From: an uncultured Legionellales bacterium
GTDB lineage: Bacteria; Pseudomonadota; Gammaproteobacteria; JAHCLG01
NCBI GenBank assembly: GCA_964352985.1
Contig: CAYGUK010000006.1
Coordinates: forward strand, 1-62,225
Reading direction: 5' to 3'
DNA: 62,225 nucleotides
How positions within the stretch are numbered: position 1 is the stretch's first letter; each line of letters opens with the position of its first letter. This document shows, in pieces, positions 20,158 to 30,712 of this stretch. The notes under the pieces are model-generated. The model made no database searches, was not told the origin of the DNA, and saw only the letters and a list, made by a program, of their open reading frames with translations. Both the position numbers and the translations under genes were made by a program.

Positions 20158-21582
20158 ATGTTGGGACTATTTGATGATACATTTATTGGGGCAATCCAGC
20201 AAAGTTTTACAGACTACACGAGGTCGCAAGGACAGCGTGCTGGTCTAGTCGATTCTATCTATTTCAACAACCTTATTATAAGCATGAAATCAATTCAGTT
20301 TAATTTCGGAGAAATCCATTTGGATGATTATCCAGAAGCGATATTAAAACTGACTCATCAAGTTGAACATCTTATCATCCAAATATCAAAACATATCGCT
20401 GAATTACCAAATCAGGATTTAAAAAAATTATATCTGGATATGTTACGCGAAATTAAATCATATATAGCGCAAAAACAGCATAAACACTTTTTAACAATTA
20501 AAACAAAATATCAACATTTAAATAAACTAGTACCCTATTCTATTGGCGACAATATTATGCGAGAAGTTGCAATTGAACCTGTAGAAGGTTCTGTTCCACT
20601 AGATCAACACGAAATAAAAAGATGGGACGAAGCTTCTACACCATTTTTTACTGATGACGTAGTCGGAAATATTAAAAGTAGATTAAGTGATCAAGCAAAA
20701 GCTTTAAAACTACATAGTGATTATCTTAATCAAAATACCACAATCAAGTTACTTCAAGGGATAGAGCAACTCAAGATAAATAATAAATTATTACGATGTC
20801 CTCTTTCACACAGAAAAGAAATAAGCCAGTTATTTGCTAAACTAAACACCATATTTCAGTCGATCGATACATCAGTTTTGTCTATTGATTCTGCAGAAGG
20901 TCAACAACAGCAAGATGATCCTACTCAAGCTTTATGGCGCAAAATAAATCAAGAATTACTCGATCGAACTAATCAATTTTTACGTCAACTTTATGAGGAA
21001 ATAATTAATACTCACCAAACATCAATTCCCCAACTGCTATCTGAAAGATTACAAGAAGAAAATATCCGCTTATCACAAGCCCAATTTTATGATCGATTAG
21101 CTTGTTTACTTTATTTTTTCGTCCCATTTCGAAGGGTTTTATCAGGTTTAGGTATACTTAATATTTGCTATACTTTCTTGTGTTGTTTTTGTGATGATGT
21201 GAAAGACTACATTTGTGGTACAGATCATTCTATTTGTTATGAGGGTGATAGTCCGTGGGACGCGCAAAATTTTACTGATTTTGTAGAAAACCGTATCGTA
21301 AATTCAGATGAACCGCTCGATTGCTGTTGCACTTTAACAAGATTTGGTTTATTTACACCTTATAACACAGCCTTAGCCTTAAGACAAAAAGCAACCAACA
21401 TTAAAACGAACCCGATTAATTTAATTCAAGCACAACCAGTAACACTAGAAGAAAGTAGACAAAGTCTTGATTTATTTTTTCAGCAGTCGTCTTTAACGCA
21501 AATTTCATTATATGGTGGGACGACGTGCCAGCCCTCAGCACCACCACGACAGCACATGACCTTTGGTAATACTACCTCATAA
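20158..21582 (+). CDS. Hypothetical helical protein with Cys-rich hydrophobic C-terminal region (effector-like)
   Basis: 474-aa ORF with RBS ggag; CYTFLCCFC, CCC, terminal QPSAPP. Confidence 0.75.
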   Translation: MLGLFDDTFIGAIQQSFTDYTRSQGQRAGLVDSIYFNNLIISMKSIQFNFGEIHLDDYPEAILKLTHQVEHLIIQISKHIAELPNQDLKKLYLDMLREIKSYIAQKQHKHFLTIKTKYQHLNKLVPYSIGDNIMREVAIEPVEGSVPLDQHEIKRWDEASTPFFTDDVVGNIKSRLSDQAKALKLHSDYLNQNTTIKLLQGIEQLKINNKLLRCPLSHRKEISQLFAKLNTIFQSIDTSVLSIDSAEGQQQQDDPTQALWRKINQELLDRTNQFLRQLYEEIINTHQTSIPQLLSERLQEENIRLSQAQFYDRLACLLYFFVPFRRVLSGLGILNICYTFLCCFCDDVKDYICGTDHSICYEGDSPWDAQNFTDFVENRIVNSDEPLDCCCTLTRFGLFTPYNTALALRQKATNIKTNPINLIQAQPVTLEESRQSLDLFFQQSSLTQISLYGGTTCQPSAPPRQHMTFGNTTS

Positions 21583-21797
21583 TTAAGCCTTTAATTAAAT
21601 TGAAAATAATTATTAGTAAAACATGAAGTACAATCAAGATAAATTTATTTTAGAAATTTTATTAATAATTATTACTGACATTCTTAACCACTTTTAACGT
21701 AGAATAATTAGCTCTTATTATTAATCTAAAAATTCATTTCCAAGTATATTACAATATTACATAAACAAAACAATCATTAATATTAATAATAATACAC

Positions 21798-22541
21798 ATG
21801 AATGAAGCAGAATCAATTATTTTGGCATTATTGAGTTATAGTAAATATTGTATTGAAAATAATGACTTCTCAAATGCGAGTTTCTTTTTAAACGGTTTAA
21901 CTAAGCTTTTCGATTTGTATAATGCCAAAACTATTAAGACCATGTCTATTGTAAATTATCCCCTATTTAAAATATTTACCGAAAATAGCGATAAAATATT
22001 AAAAGAATTTTTTCTAGAGTTTTTTCTTAAATTTGATACGACATCTTTATCCAAGCTTGATCGAAAACGTTTATTTACCTTTATACAATTTGTTTTTTTC
22101 TCTTATGATCCCTCCCCTGAACAACGTGATTATAGTTTAGATTATTTCAATGAGATTGAATTATTAAAATTAAATTTCGATATACTCAAACTACATGATT
22201 CCCTAATAGATCTGATAGGACATGAAAATTGCAATAAAGTGTTCGACTTATTAGAATTTGCCAGATTAAAAAATAAGATTTTATTAAGTCATGCAAAATA
22301 TATACTCACCGATGAAGATGAATATTTAAATGAAAATATGCAAGCTAGATTCGATAGTTTATACCTTGATGTCGATCCGATATATTTAGATATGTCACCT
22401 AAGCAGATTGTTCATAGAGCACTGGAAGAGTTGGAGCTGGATATTAGGCTCATATGCTATATTCCCCCGTCGAATGAAGAACAAGATGACACCTTAAGCA
22501 CCCTCACTCCCGAACAACTTAGGATGATGATAGGTCGATAA
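21798..22541 (+). CDS. Hypothetical protein (effector-like orphan)
   Basis: 247-aa ORF, AT-rich, acidic C-terminal region; no family recognised. Confidence 0.65.
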   Translation: MNEAESIILALLSYSKYCIENNDFSNASFFLNGLTKLFDLYNAKTIKTMSIVNYPLFKIFTENSDKILKEFFLEFFLKFDTTSLSKLDRKRLFTFIQFVFFSYDPSPEQRDYSLDYFNEIELLKLNFDILKLHDSLIDLIGHENCNKVFDLLEFARLKNKILLSHAKYILTDEDEYLNENMQARFDSLYLDVDPIYLDMSPKQIVHRALEELELDIRLICYIPPSNEEQDDTLSTLTPEQLRMMIGR

Positions 22542-22566
22542 ATATTATTTTGCTCTATTCAGTTGT

Positions 22567-23727
22567 TTACCACCATACAGCATTTTTCATTGCTAGCATG
22601 GCTTCTTGTACTGTTGGTTTATCTAAAGCATAACAAAGTCGAATTTTCCCTTTACCGCGATTTGCATCTAAATAAAAAGAATTGCCAGGTACAACAGCTA
22701 CTTTAGCATCTTGTAAAAATCGTTTGGCAATCGCCACATCATCTTCAAATCCTAAATGACTAAAATCGACGATGATATAATATGCGCCTTGTGGTGTGGC
22801 AAATTTTAAATTCATTTCAGTAAGTGTATCGGTAACGATACTTCGTTTTTCTAAATAGCCTTGTCGCATATTTTCATAATAATCGTCTTTAATATCAAAG
22901 GCACTAATGACGGCATGTTGTAAAGGTGTAGAAGGACACACATAAACTAAATCTTGCACTAAGGCCATTTTTTGAATCACATTTTTCGGGCCGGTTGCAT
23001 AACCTAAACGCCAACCTGTCATGTTATAGGTTTTTGAAAACCCAGAAATTGTAATCGTGCGTTCTTTGAAATTTTTTAAACTGGCAATTGAAATATGTTC
23101 ATAACCCGGATAGGTAATATATTCATAAATTTCGTCAGTAATGATCGCTAAATTGTGTTTTTCAGCTAATTCACCAATCGCAATTAATTCTTGCTTTGAA
23201 AAAACTTTGCCGCAAGGATTACAAGGCGTGCAAATTATTATTGCTTTCGTTTTAGGATTAATTTGTTTTTCGATATCTTCAATATTGATACTAAAATCAG
23301 CCATATTTATTTGCACCGCTTTTACTTCTACTTGGTAGAGTTTCAAAATATTACGGTGATAACCATAAAAGGGTTCAAACAAAATCACTTCATCGCCCGG
23401 ATTAAAAATACTCATCGCACAAGAAACAAATGAACCTGTCGAACCATGACTAACCATCACTTCAGTATTTGGATCAACATCAATATGATTATAACTATGA
23501 CATTTTTTGGCTATGGCTTCTCTTAAAGCTAAGATCCCTTCACAAGCTGAATATATCGTTTTATTTTCAAGCATGGCCTGATGAGCGGCTTCTTTTAAAC
23601 TATCTTCAACAGGGAGATTACAAATTCCCTGCCCAAGATTAATACCGCCTATTCGAGCACACTCACTACTTGCTGATCTGATACCTGATTGGGTGAGACT
23701 TTTAGTTAATTCACTGGTTTTAATCAT
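22567..23727 (-). CDS. PLP-dependent aminotransferase class I/II
   Basis: INLGQG, P.NP.GK, TDEIYE, SGFSKTYNMTGWRLGY. Start placed at ATG 23727. Confidence 0.95.
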   Translation of the reverse strand: MIKTSELTKSLTQSGIRSASSECARIGGINLGQGICNLPVEDSLKEAAHQAMLENKTIYSACEGILALREAIAKKCHSYNHIDVDPNTEVMVSHGSTGSFVSCAMSIFNPGDEVILFEPFYGYHRNILKLYQVEVKAVQINMADFSINIEDIEKQINPKTKAIIICTPCNPCGKVFSKQELIAIGELAEKHNLAIITDEIYEYITYPGYEHISIASLKNFKERTITISGFSKTYNMTGWRLGYATGPKNVIQKMALVQDLVYVCPSTPLQHAVISAFDIKDDYYENMRQGYLEKRSIVTDTLTEMNLKFATPQGAYYIIVDFSHLGFEDDVAIAKRFLQDAKVAVVPGNSFYLDANRGKGKIRLCYALDKPTVQEAMLAMKNAVWW

Positions 23728-23848
23728 CTCTCTCTCCACGCTTTGTTTTGCCACACTATATACTTATTTTAGCATGCTTGCTAGTCGTGGTATTTTTTTT
23801 TTAGTTGCAGTATTATCTTTACCTAAATCAAGCTGATAGGAGCTTTGC

Positions 23849-24406
23849 GTGAGTTTAAGAAATACCAAAGAAAATTACGGTAGCATTGCAAAATTATTCC
23901 ATTGGCTAATATTCATTTTAATTTTATTTATGATCCTACTTGGTTTTCTAATGGGATACATTGATAACAATTCTTTACGCGGTACCGCATATACTATTCA
24001 CAAATCCTTTGGCTTATTAATTTTATTTCTCATGGTTTTACGAATTATTTGGTTGCTCATCAATCCAAAACCTAGATTACCCGAACACATGAATTCATTT
24101 ATGAAATTTTGCGCCCATGCCATGCATATTTTACTTTACTTAGTCATTCTAATGATGCCGATTGCTGGATTGTTATTATCGAGTTATGCAGGCTATCCCT
24201 CAAGTTTCTTTGGATTATTTTCAGTGATTTTACCTGTTGCAAAAAATCAAGCGCTGTCTAATTTATTTGGTGATATACACGAATATCTTGCTTTTACGAT
24301 TGTGGTATTAGTAATCGTTCACGTGTTAGCCGCCTTGAAACACCATATCATTTATAAAGATAATGTTTTAACTCGTATGATGCCGGGGAAGAAAAATGAA
24401 ATTTAA
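23849..24406 (+). CDS. Cytochrome b561 (CybB/YceJ family)
   Basis: Four TM helices with heme His ligands: FHW, IHKSFG, IHEY, VHVLAALKHH...L.RM.P. Confidence 0.9.
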   Translation: MSLRNTKENYGSIAKLFHWLIFILILFMILLGFLMGYIDNNSLRGTAYTIHKSFGLLILFLMVLRIIWLLINPKPRLPEHMNSFMKFCAHAMHILLYLVILMMPIAGLLLSSYAGYPSSFFGLFSVILPVAKNQALSNLFGDIHEYLAFTIVVLVIVHVLAALKHHIIYKDNVLTRMMPGKKNEI

Positions 24407-25154
24407 CAAAACTTATGTTGGACTATTTATATTAGGATTTGTTTTTTTATTTTCGATGCAACCAAGCTTTGCAAATAACCGCGCAGTTCAAATTGCTCTT
24501 ATCGCATGGTTCCAACAATACCAAGACAATCCTAAACCTGAACAAATTCCCAAGATGCTACAAGATTTCACTAAAAATGAATATTTAAATAAACCTGGTG
24601 CGGCTTATCCCATTACCGCTTTTTTTATGATCATATTTCAAAAATACCCTGATCAAATTAAAATTTGGCTAGAACCTTTAAAAGACTTGTCCCATAATAA
24701 TAAAGCAATTCTCTACACTGCACTGTGGCAATCTAATAATAAAAAAGCCCAGGAATATTTAGAAGAACTCTATCAGCGAGCAGATAAAAAAGAAAAAATG
24801 ATGATCAGCCAAATCCGCTCTCGAAAAATAATTGATCTCATGAAAGTTCATTTTGTTTCAACTGAAATTATTGACATGATGTGGGCCAGTTATTATGCCA
24901 GCGGTGATACAAAATATATTTCACGCGTCTTGGCAATTTTAGAATGGGAAAACCCGCTCGATAAAACCAATGTCAAAAATTTAAATCGCTTTCAAGCACA
25001 ACAAGCCATTATGATCACAACCGCAAAATGGTCTTTGAGTAGTAATGCAAAACATGATGCAAAGGTGAAAGAGTATTTAAAAGAAAAAGAAAAAGACGCA
25101 CCAGAAAAAATTAAAAAACTTTTGAAGCAAATTATTTCTCAAGCAGGTGGGTAA
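24396..25154 (+). CDS. Hypothetical exported protein
   Basis: Sec-type signal peptide ending PSFA; helical; DMMWASYYASGD motif. Confidence 0.75.
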   Translation: MKFNKTYVGLFILGFVFLFSMQPSFANNRAVQIALIAWFQQYQDNPKPEQIPKMLQDFTKNEYLNKPGAAYPITAFFMIIFQKYPDQIKIWLEPLKDLSHNNKAILYTALWQSNNKKAQEYLEELYQRADKKEKMMISQIRSRKIIDLMKVHFVSTEIIDMMWASYYASGDTKYISRVLAILEWENPLDKTNVKNLNRFQAQQAIMITTAKWSLSSNAKHDAKVKEYLKEKEKDAPEKIKKLLKQIISQAGG

Positions 25155-25162
25155 ACAAAATT

Positions 25163-26167
25163 TTATTCGTTAAAAACCATAGCACCAGTTAAGCCATTTG
25201 ATTCCATAATTTCACGTAAAGTTCTTAACGCTTCGACTTGAATTTGTCTCACCCGTTCACGAGTTAAACCGATTTCGCGACCCACTTCTTCTAATGTCGC
25301 TTTTTCATGTCCTCTTAAACCAAAGCGTCTGGCAATTACTTCACTTTGTTTTTCGGTGAGTTGATCTAGCCAAGTATCAAGGTTAGTTTGTAAATTATTA
25401 TCTTGTAACGCTTGGGCCGGTTCCGTATTTTTATCTGCGGAAACAGTATCTAATAAAATTTTATCGCCTTCCAAACCAATCGGTGAGTCAATAGAGGTGA
25501 CTCTTTCATTAAGCGCTAGCATTTTTTTAACATCTTCGATGGGTTTATCTAGCATTTCTGCTATTTCTTCGGCGGAAGGTTCTTGATCAAAGTTTTGTGC
25601 TAATTCACGCGCAGCGCGTAAATAAACATTTAATTCTTTAACAACGTGAACAGGCAAACGAATAGTGCGTGTTTGATTCATGATAGCACGCTCGATGGTT
25701 TGTCTTATCCACCAGGTAGCATAAGTTGAAAAACGAAAACCACGTTCTGGATCAAATTTTTCAACGGCACGTATTAAACCTAAATTCCCTTCTTCAATTA
25801 AATCCAATAATGCCAATCCACGATTACAATATCGTCGTGCAATTTTAACAACTAAACGCAAGTTGCTTTCAATCATGCGTTTACGTCCTTCATCTTCACC
25901 ACGTTGTGCCATTCGCGCAAAATGAACTTCTTCTTCAGGTGTTAATAAAGGGGTAAAACCAATTTCGGATAAATAAATTTGAGTAGCATCAAGTGACGAA
26001 TTAGCACTTCGTTGCCTTTTGCTACCAGAAGATTCTTTACTACTTGAAGATTTGGATTCGTTACCATCATCACTATCATCATCGATATCTATGATATCAG
26101 AATCATCTTCATCCAAGTCACTGTCATCAAAATCTTCTAATTCAGCATCATCTTTTTTATCGGTCAT
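25163..26167 (-). CDS. rpoS: RNA polymerase sigma factor RpoS
   Basis: [55 protein letters not shown]; downstream of nlpD. Confidence 0.97.
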   Translation of the reverse strand: MTDKKDDAELEDFDDSDLDEDDSDIIDIDDDSDDGNESKSSSSKESSGSKRQRSANSSLDATQIYLSEIGFTPLLTPEEEVHFARMAQRGEDEGRKRMIESNLRLVVKIARRYCNRGLALLDLIEEGNLGLIRAVEKFDPERGFRFSTYATWWIRQTIERAIMNQTRTIRLPVHVVKELNVYLRAARELAQNFDQEPSAEEIAEMLDKPIEDVKKMLALNERVTSIDSPIGLEGDKILLDTVSADKNTEPAQALQDNNLQTNLDTWLDQLTEKQSEVIARRFGLRGHEKATLEEVGREIGLTRERVRQIQVEALRTLREIMESNGLTGAMVFNE

Positions 26168-26188
26168 GACTTTACTCTTTGGCCCTAA

Positions 26189-26989
26189 TTACTTTCGTCT
26201 TCCTAGTAAACTCAGTGGATTGACTGGTTTTCCATTATGACGTATTTCAAAATGTAGCATCACTTCGTTGCTACCTGTTTTACCCATGAGGGCAATCACT
26301 TGTCCTTTTCTCACTGTTTGTCCTTCACGGACCAGCAGTTTACGATTGTGAGCATAGGCACTTAGGTAATCTGCATTGTGTTTTACTATCAGTAATTTAC
26401 CATAACCTCGTATTCCACTTCCAGCATATACTACCACACCAGGCGCAGTAGTCATCACCGATTGGCCTAATTTACCGCCAATATCAAGACCCTTGTTAGC
26501 TTTAGAATATGTTTTGATAATTTTGCCATTTCTAACAGGCCAATTCCATTGGCTAACATGAGAATATTTTGCATTATATCGGGGTTTATTTGGTAGAGGT
26601 TGTTTTTTTACCACTTTAAGAGAATTAACGTGTGGTTTACTGAGTTTTTGAACTGTTTTTCTAGCCGTATTCTTAATGATGTTTTGTTTCGAGAGGGGCT
26701 TTTTATGCTTAGCAGAAAGTTGAATTAATTCTCCTTTTGCAATTTCATAAGGTGCATTAATATGGTTAATATTAGCTAGCGTTCGATAGTCCAAGCCATA
26801 GCGCCATGCAATCGAATAAAGCGTATCACCAGATGCGACTCGGTAGACATCATGCGTATTATTTACCGCCCAACCATTTACCACAGGTGCTAACTCACCT
26901 GTATCATTGGCACAACTCGCTAAACACAATACTAAGCAAGTAGCAACAAATGTCATAAAAAAGGATTTTAATAACAAAAGCTTTATCAC
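26189..26989 (-). CDS. nlpD: Lipoprotein NlpD (LysM + M23 domain)
   Basis: Lipobox LASC, GDTLYSIAW, YLSAYAHN, LHFEIR. Confidence 0.93.
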   Translation of the reverse strand: MIKLLLLKSFFMTFVATCLVLCLASCANDTGELAPVVNGWAVNNTHDVYRVASGDTLYSIAWRYGLDYRTLANINHINAPYEIAKGELIQLSAKHKKPLSKQNIIKNTARKTVQKLSKPHVNSLKVVKKQPLPNKPRYNAKYSHVSQWNWPVRNGKIIKTYSKANKGLDIGGKLGQSVMTTAPGVVVYAGSGIRGYGKLLIVKHNADYLSAYAHNRKLLVREGQTVRKGQVIALMGKTGSNEVMLHFEIRHNGKPVNPLSLLGRRK

Positions 26990-27014
26990 ATATTTTCAGC
27001 GTTTATAAGCAAAA

Positions 27015-27599
27015 TTATTTATACCATTGCCAAATAATAATGCCAAGCACAATTAGAATGATCAGTCCGATTGCTAACCGATCAATTGTTTTTAATAAAA
27101 AATTTTCAAGTTTTGTGCCACCCACTTTCATCAATATTGCAACTAGAAAAAAACGACCACCTCGACCAATAAATGATGCCATGATAAAAGGAATAATTGG
27201 CATCATTAAACTACCCGCAGCAATTGTAAAAACTTTATAGGGAATAGGTGTAAATCCCGCGACTAACACTGCCCAAAATCCCCATTCATGAAACCAATGT
27301 GATGCTTCTATATAGGCCGCTTGATAGCCAAATTTTATCAGCAAAGGGTGAATCATTTCAAAGAATCCCCAACCGATGATATAACCAAAAATACCTCCAA
27401 TCACAGAAAATAAAGTTGTAATTAAAGCAAATCTTAATGCCTTATCAGGTTTCGCCAATGACATGGGTAATAACATGACATCAGGTGGAATGGGAAAAAA
27501 AGAAGATTCGGCAAAACTCAACCCTGCCAAATACCATGCTGCATGTGGATGACGAGACCAAATCATCACTCGAGAATATAGGGCAGAAAAAAGTTTCAT
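27015..27599 (-). CDS. yqaA: YqaA/DedA-family membrane protein
   Basis: SFAESSFFPIPPD, GFTPIPYKVFTI, GRGGRFF. Confidence 0.9.
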   Translation of the reverse strand: MKLFSALYSRVMIWSRHPHAAWYLAGLSFAESSFFPIPPDVMLLPMSLAKPDKALRFALITTLFSVIGGIFGYIIGWGFFEMIHPLLIKFGYQAAYIEASHWFHEWGFWAVLVAGFTPIPYKVFTIAAGSLMMPIIPFIMASFIGRGGRFFLVAILMKVGGTKLENFLLKTIDRLAIGLIILIVLGIIIWQWYK

Positions 27600-27601
27600 A
27601 T

Positions 27602-28351
27602 TTAAGTGAAATCTCTTATCCAATGAGATATTTTATCAAATGTTTTATAGTTCGTTAAATCAAGCTGCAATGGTGTAATTGAAACTTTATTATTTTTTAT
27701 TGCATGAAAGTCCGAACCTTCACCGCTATCATTTTCTGGCCCCGGTAAACCTATCCAATAAATATCTTTTCCTCTTGGATCTTGGCGCTTAATAATGGGC
27801 TCTGCACCGTGTCTTGTGCCTAGGCGAGTCACCTCGTAACCTTGTAAATCATCAATTGCTACATCAGGTATGTTGATATTTAAAATTGTATCATGGGGAA
27901 GAGGATCAGCATTGAGTTTTGTAACAATTTGCTTTGCAACAAATGCGCCGGTGGCATAATGATTTAATTCACTACCCGCTAAGGAAAATGCGATGGCTTG
28001 AAAACCCATAAAACGCCCTTCAATAGCAGCGGCTACCGTACCGGAATAAAAAACATCATCGCCAAGATTAGAACCCGCGTTAATACCTGAGACAACAAGA
28101 TCAGGTTTTTCTGCCATAAACCCTGTAATAGCAGCATGAACACAATCTGCTGGTGTACCATCAATTGCAATTGATCCATTCTCGAGATGAGTAGCATGAA
28201 GAGGTCTTGATAACGTCAACGCATTACTACTTCCACTACAATTTCTATCAGGTCCAATGATAGTGACATCGCCGAGTTGTTTTAATGCATTAGCTAACAT
28301 ATTTAAACCGATGGCATTTACACCATCGTCATTGGTTGCGAGGATTTTCAA
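27602..28351 (-). CDS. surE: 5'/3'-nucleotidase SurE
   Basis: TNDDG, GTPADCV, SGINAGSNLG, YSGTVAAA. Confidence 0.97.
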   Translation of the reverse strand: MKILATNDDGVNAIGLNMLANALKQLGDVTIIGPDRNCSGSSNALTLSRPLHATHLENGSIAIDGTPADCVHAAITGFMAEKPDLVVSGINAGSNLGDDVFYSGTVAAAIEGRFMGFQAIAFSLAGSELNHYATGAFVAKQIVTKLNADPLPHDTILNINIPDVAIDDLQGYEVTRLGTRHGAEPIIKRQDPRGKDIYWIGLPGPENDSGEGSDFHAIKNNKVSITPLQLDLTNYKTFDKISHWIRDFT

Positions 28352-28400
28352 TGAAGTTGCCTTTTTGATATTGCTTTATAGGGCGATAACTGTACCCTAT

Positions 28401-28877
28401 CTATGAGATTGACTCAAGAAGTGCGACTGCAATCACCGCAATCCCTTCACCTTTACCAATAAACCCCATTTTGTCAGTCGTCGACGCTTTTACACTCACT
28501 TGTGTGATATCAATTTGACTATCTAAAGCAATAATATTGCGCATTGTTTCTCGGTATTCCGACAACCGTGGCTTCTCTGCAATAATAGTGGCATCAACAT
28601 TACTCACGCGCCATCCGTGAGTGCGTATTTGATCAATTACTTTTCTAACAAAAACCCGCGAATCCATATTTTCCCATTCCTTCGTGCCGGGAAAATGTTG
28701 TCCAATATCGCCTAAACCCAGTGCGCCAAGATAAGCATCACAAATAGCATGCAATAGAACATCGCCGTCTGAATGTCCCTCGATACCTAATTCAAAGGGA
28801 ATATGAACACCACCTAATATTAATTTTTGATTTTGTGCAAAACGATGGGCATCAAAACCTTGGCCAATTCGTATCAT
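28401..28877 (-). CDS. ispF: 2-C-methyl-D-erythritol 2,4-cyclodiphosphate synthase
   Basis: RIGQGFDAH, GHSDGDVLLHA, GDIGQHFP, GFIGKGEGIA. Confidence 0.96.
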   Translation of the reverse strand: MIRIGQGFDAHRFAQNQKLILGGVHIPFELGIEGHSDGDVLLHAICDAYLGALGLGDIGQHFPGTKEWENMDSRVFVRKVIDQIRTHGWRVSNVDATIIAEKPRLSEYRETMRNIIALDSQIDITQVSVKASTTDKMGFIGKGEGIAVIAVALLESIS

Positions 28878-28879
28878 TT

Positions 28880-29566
28880 TTACCTCAATATTGTTTCTGC
28901 AATGGTTAAGTCTATTGGATAAGTAATTTTAATATTATCTGCTCGTCCTTGAATCACAGTTATCGGAAAATTAAGTAGTTCCATACTCATTGCTTCATCG
29001 GTAACTGATAGCTTTTGTTTTATCGTATTTGACATAGCTTGCATTAAATCTGCAAAAGGAAAAACTTGTGGTGTCATCGCATGCCATAATTCACTTCGAT
29101 CAACTGTTGTTAAAATTTGATTATCTTTCACTTTTTTAAAGGTATCACGTGCAGGGCTTGCTAAAATTACGCCCGAATAATGACTTTTGGTCTGTGAATA
29201 TAGCTTTAAAATATCTTCACTCGTAATACAAGGGCGTGCCGCATCATGCACCCATACCCAATCCGCTTCATTGGCACCGATTTTTTTTAATTTCATTAGT
29301 CCATTATAAACTGAGTGAGCACGGGTTTCGCCACCCAAAGTCGATAAACATCGAGGATGACTGGATAAAAAAGTTTGATTATAAAAAGTATCTGCAGGAG
29401 AAATAGCGATAATGACTTTCTCAAAAAATTCAACCGATAAAAATTGATTCACGGTAGTTTCTAAAATCGTTTTACCATGACACGATAAATATTGTTTTGG
29501 TTTTTCATTTTGCATTCGCGCACCTAATCCAGCTGCGGGAATAATTAACCAATGTGAACTTGACAT
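28880..29566 (-). CDS. ispD: 2-C-methyl-D-erythritol 4-phosphate cytidylyltransferase
   Basis: PAAGLGARM..PKQY, VHDAARP, TPQ.F, TDEA, NIKITYP.DL. Confidence 0.95.
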   Translation of the reverse strand: MSSSHWLIIPAAGLGARMQNEKPKQYLSCHGKTILETTVNQFLSVEFFEKVIIAISPADTFYNQTFLSSHPRCLSTLGGETRAHSVYNGLMKLKKIGANEADWVWVHDAARPCITSEDILKLYSQTKSHYSGVILASPARDTFKKVKDNQILTTVDRSELWHAMTPQVFPFADLMQAMSNTIKQKLSVTDEAMSMELLNFPITVIQGRADNIKITYPIDLTIAETILR

Positions 29567-29662
29567 AATAAACCTGAATTGAAATAAAGCGATAAAATAC
29601 TATGAATTTCCGTTATTGCCAAGTATCATGTCTTTATTTACAACTCCATTATAGATAATATC

Positions 29663-30700
29663 ATGAATAATACTGAAATTACTTATCAGGACGCTGGCGT
29701 GAATATCACTGCTGGTAATGAGTTAGTGGATTACATTAAACAACACGGTCAAAAAACAACGCAAAAAAATGTATTAAAAGGCATCGGAGGATTTGCCGCT
29801 CTTTATGAATTACCCTTATCTGATTATGAAAAACCCATCTTAGTATCAAGCACTGACGGAGTCGGAACGAAATTAAAACTTGCTATAGAAACTAATCGTC
29901 ACAGTAGCATCGGTATCGACTTAGTTGCGATGTGTGTGAACGATTTAATTCTATGTGGCGCAACTCCTCTTTTTTTTCTTGATTATTATGCAACTGGAAA
30001 ATTAAATCTCAGTATCTCACAAAATATTATTGATGGCATTATTGCAGGTTGCGAACAATCTGAAATGTCTTTAATAGGTGGTGAAACTGCAGAAATGCCT
30101 GGCATGTATCACGAAAAAGATTATGATCTCGCTGGCTTTTCTGTCGGGATTGTCGACAAACAAAAAATTATTGACGGACGTCATGTCAAACCAGGCAATG
30201 TTATATTAGGTCTCGCTTCAAGCGGTCTTCATAGCAACGGATTTTCATTAGTCAGAAAACTCATCACTTTAAATAATATTTCTTTAGATTCTAAAATAGA
30301 AAACACACCATTAATTGATTTATTACTGACGCCGACAAAAATTTATGTTAAATCTATTTTAGCTTTACAAAAACAAATAAAGGTTAATGCTATGGCTCAT
30401 ATAACCGGTGGAGGATTTGTTGAAAATATTCCTCGCGTATTACCCCAAAACTGTAAAGCCATTATCGAGTCTAATAGTTTTACTATTCCACCTATTTTTG
30501 AATGGTTGCAAAAATTAGCGAATCTCTCGAATAAAGAACTTTATAAAACGTTTAATAATGGAATTGGTCTTATCATCATTATTGATGAAGAATATAAACA
30601 ACTTGCAATTGATTGTCTTACTGCCTGTGGTGAAAATGTCGTGCAAATTGGCACGATTGATAAAAGAGAAGATAATCATTCTGCCATTGATATTATTTAA
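29663..30700 (+). CDS. purM: Phosphoribosylformylglycinamidine cyclo-ligase
   Basis: TYQDAGVN, TDGVGTKL, GGETAEMPG, SSGLHSNG, HITGGG. Confidence 0.97.
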   Translation: MNNTEITYQDAGVNITAGNELVDYIKQHGQKTTQKNVLKGIGGFAALYELPLSDYEKPILVSSTDGVGTKLKLAIETNRHSSIGIDLVAMCVNDLILCGATPLFFLDYYATGKLNLSISQNIIDGIIAGCEQSEMSLIGGETAEMPGMYHEKDYDLAGFSVGIVDKQKIIDGRHVKPGNVILGLASSGLHSNGFSLVRKLITLNNISLDSKIENTPLIDLLLTPTKIYVKSILALQKQIKVNAMAHITGGGFVENIPRVLPQNCKAIIESNSFTIPPIFEWLQKLANLSNKELYKTFNNGIGLIIIIDEEYKQLAIDCLTACGENVVQIGTIDKREDNHSAIDII

Positions 30701-30712
30701 TTGAGGTCAGGG

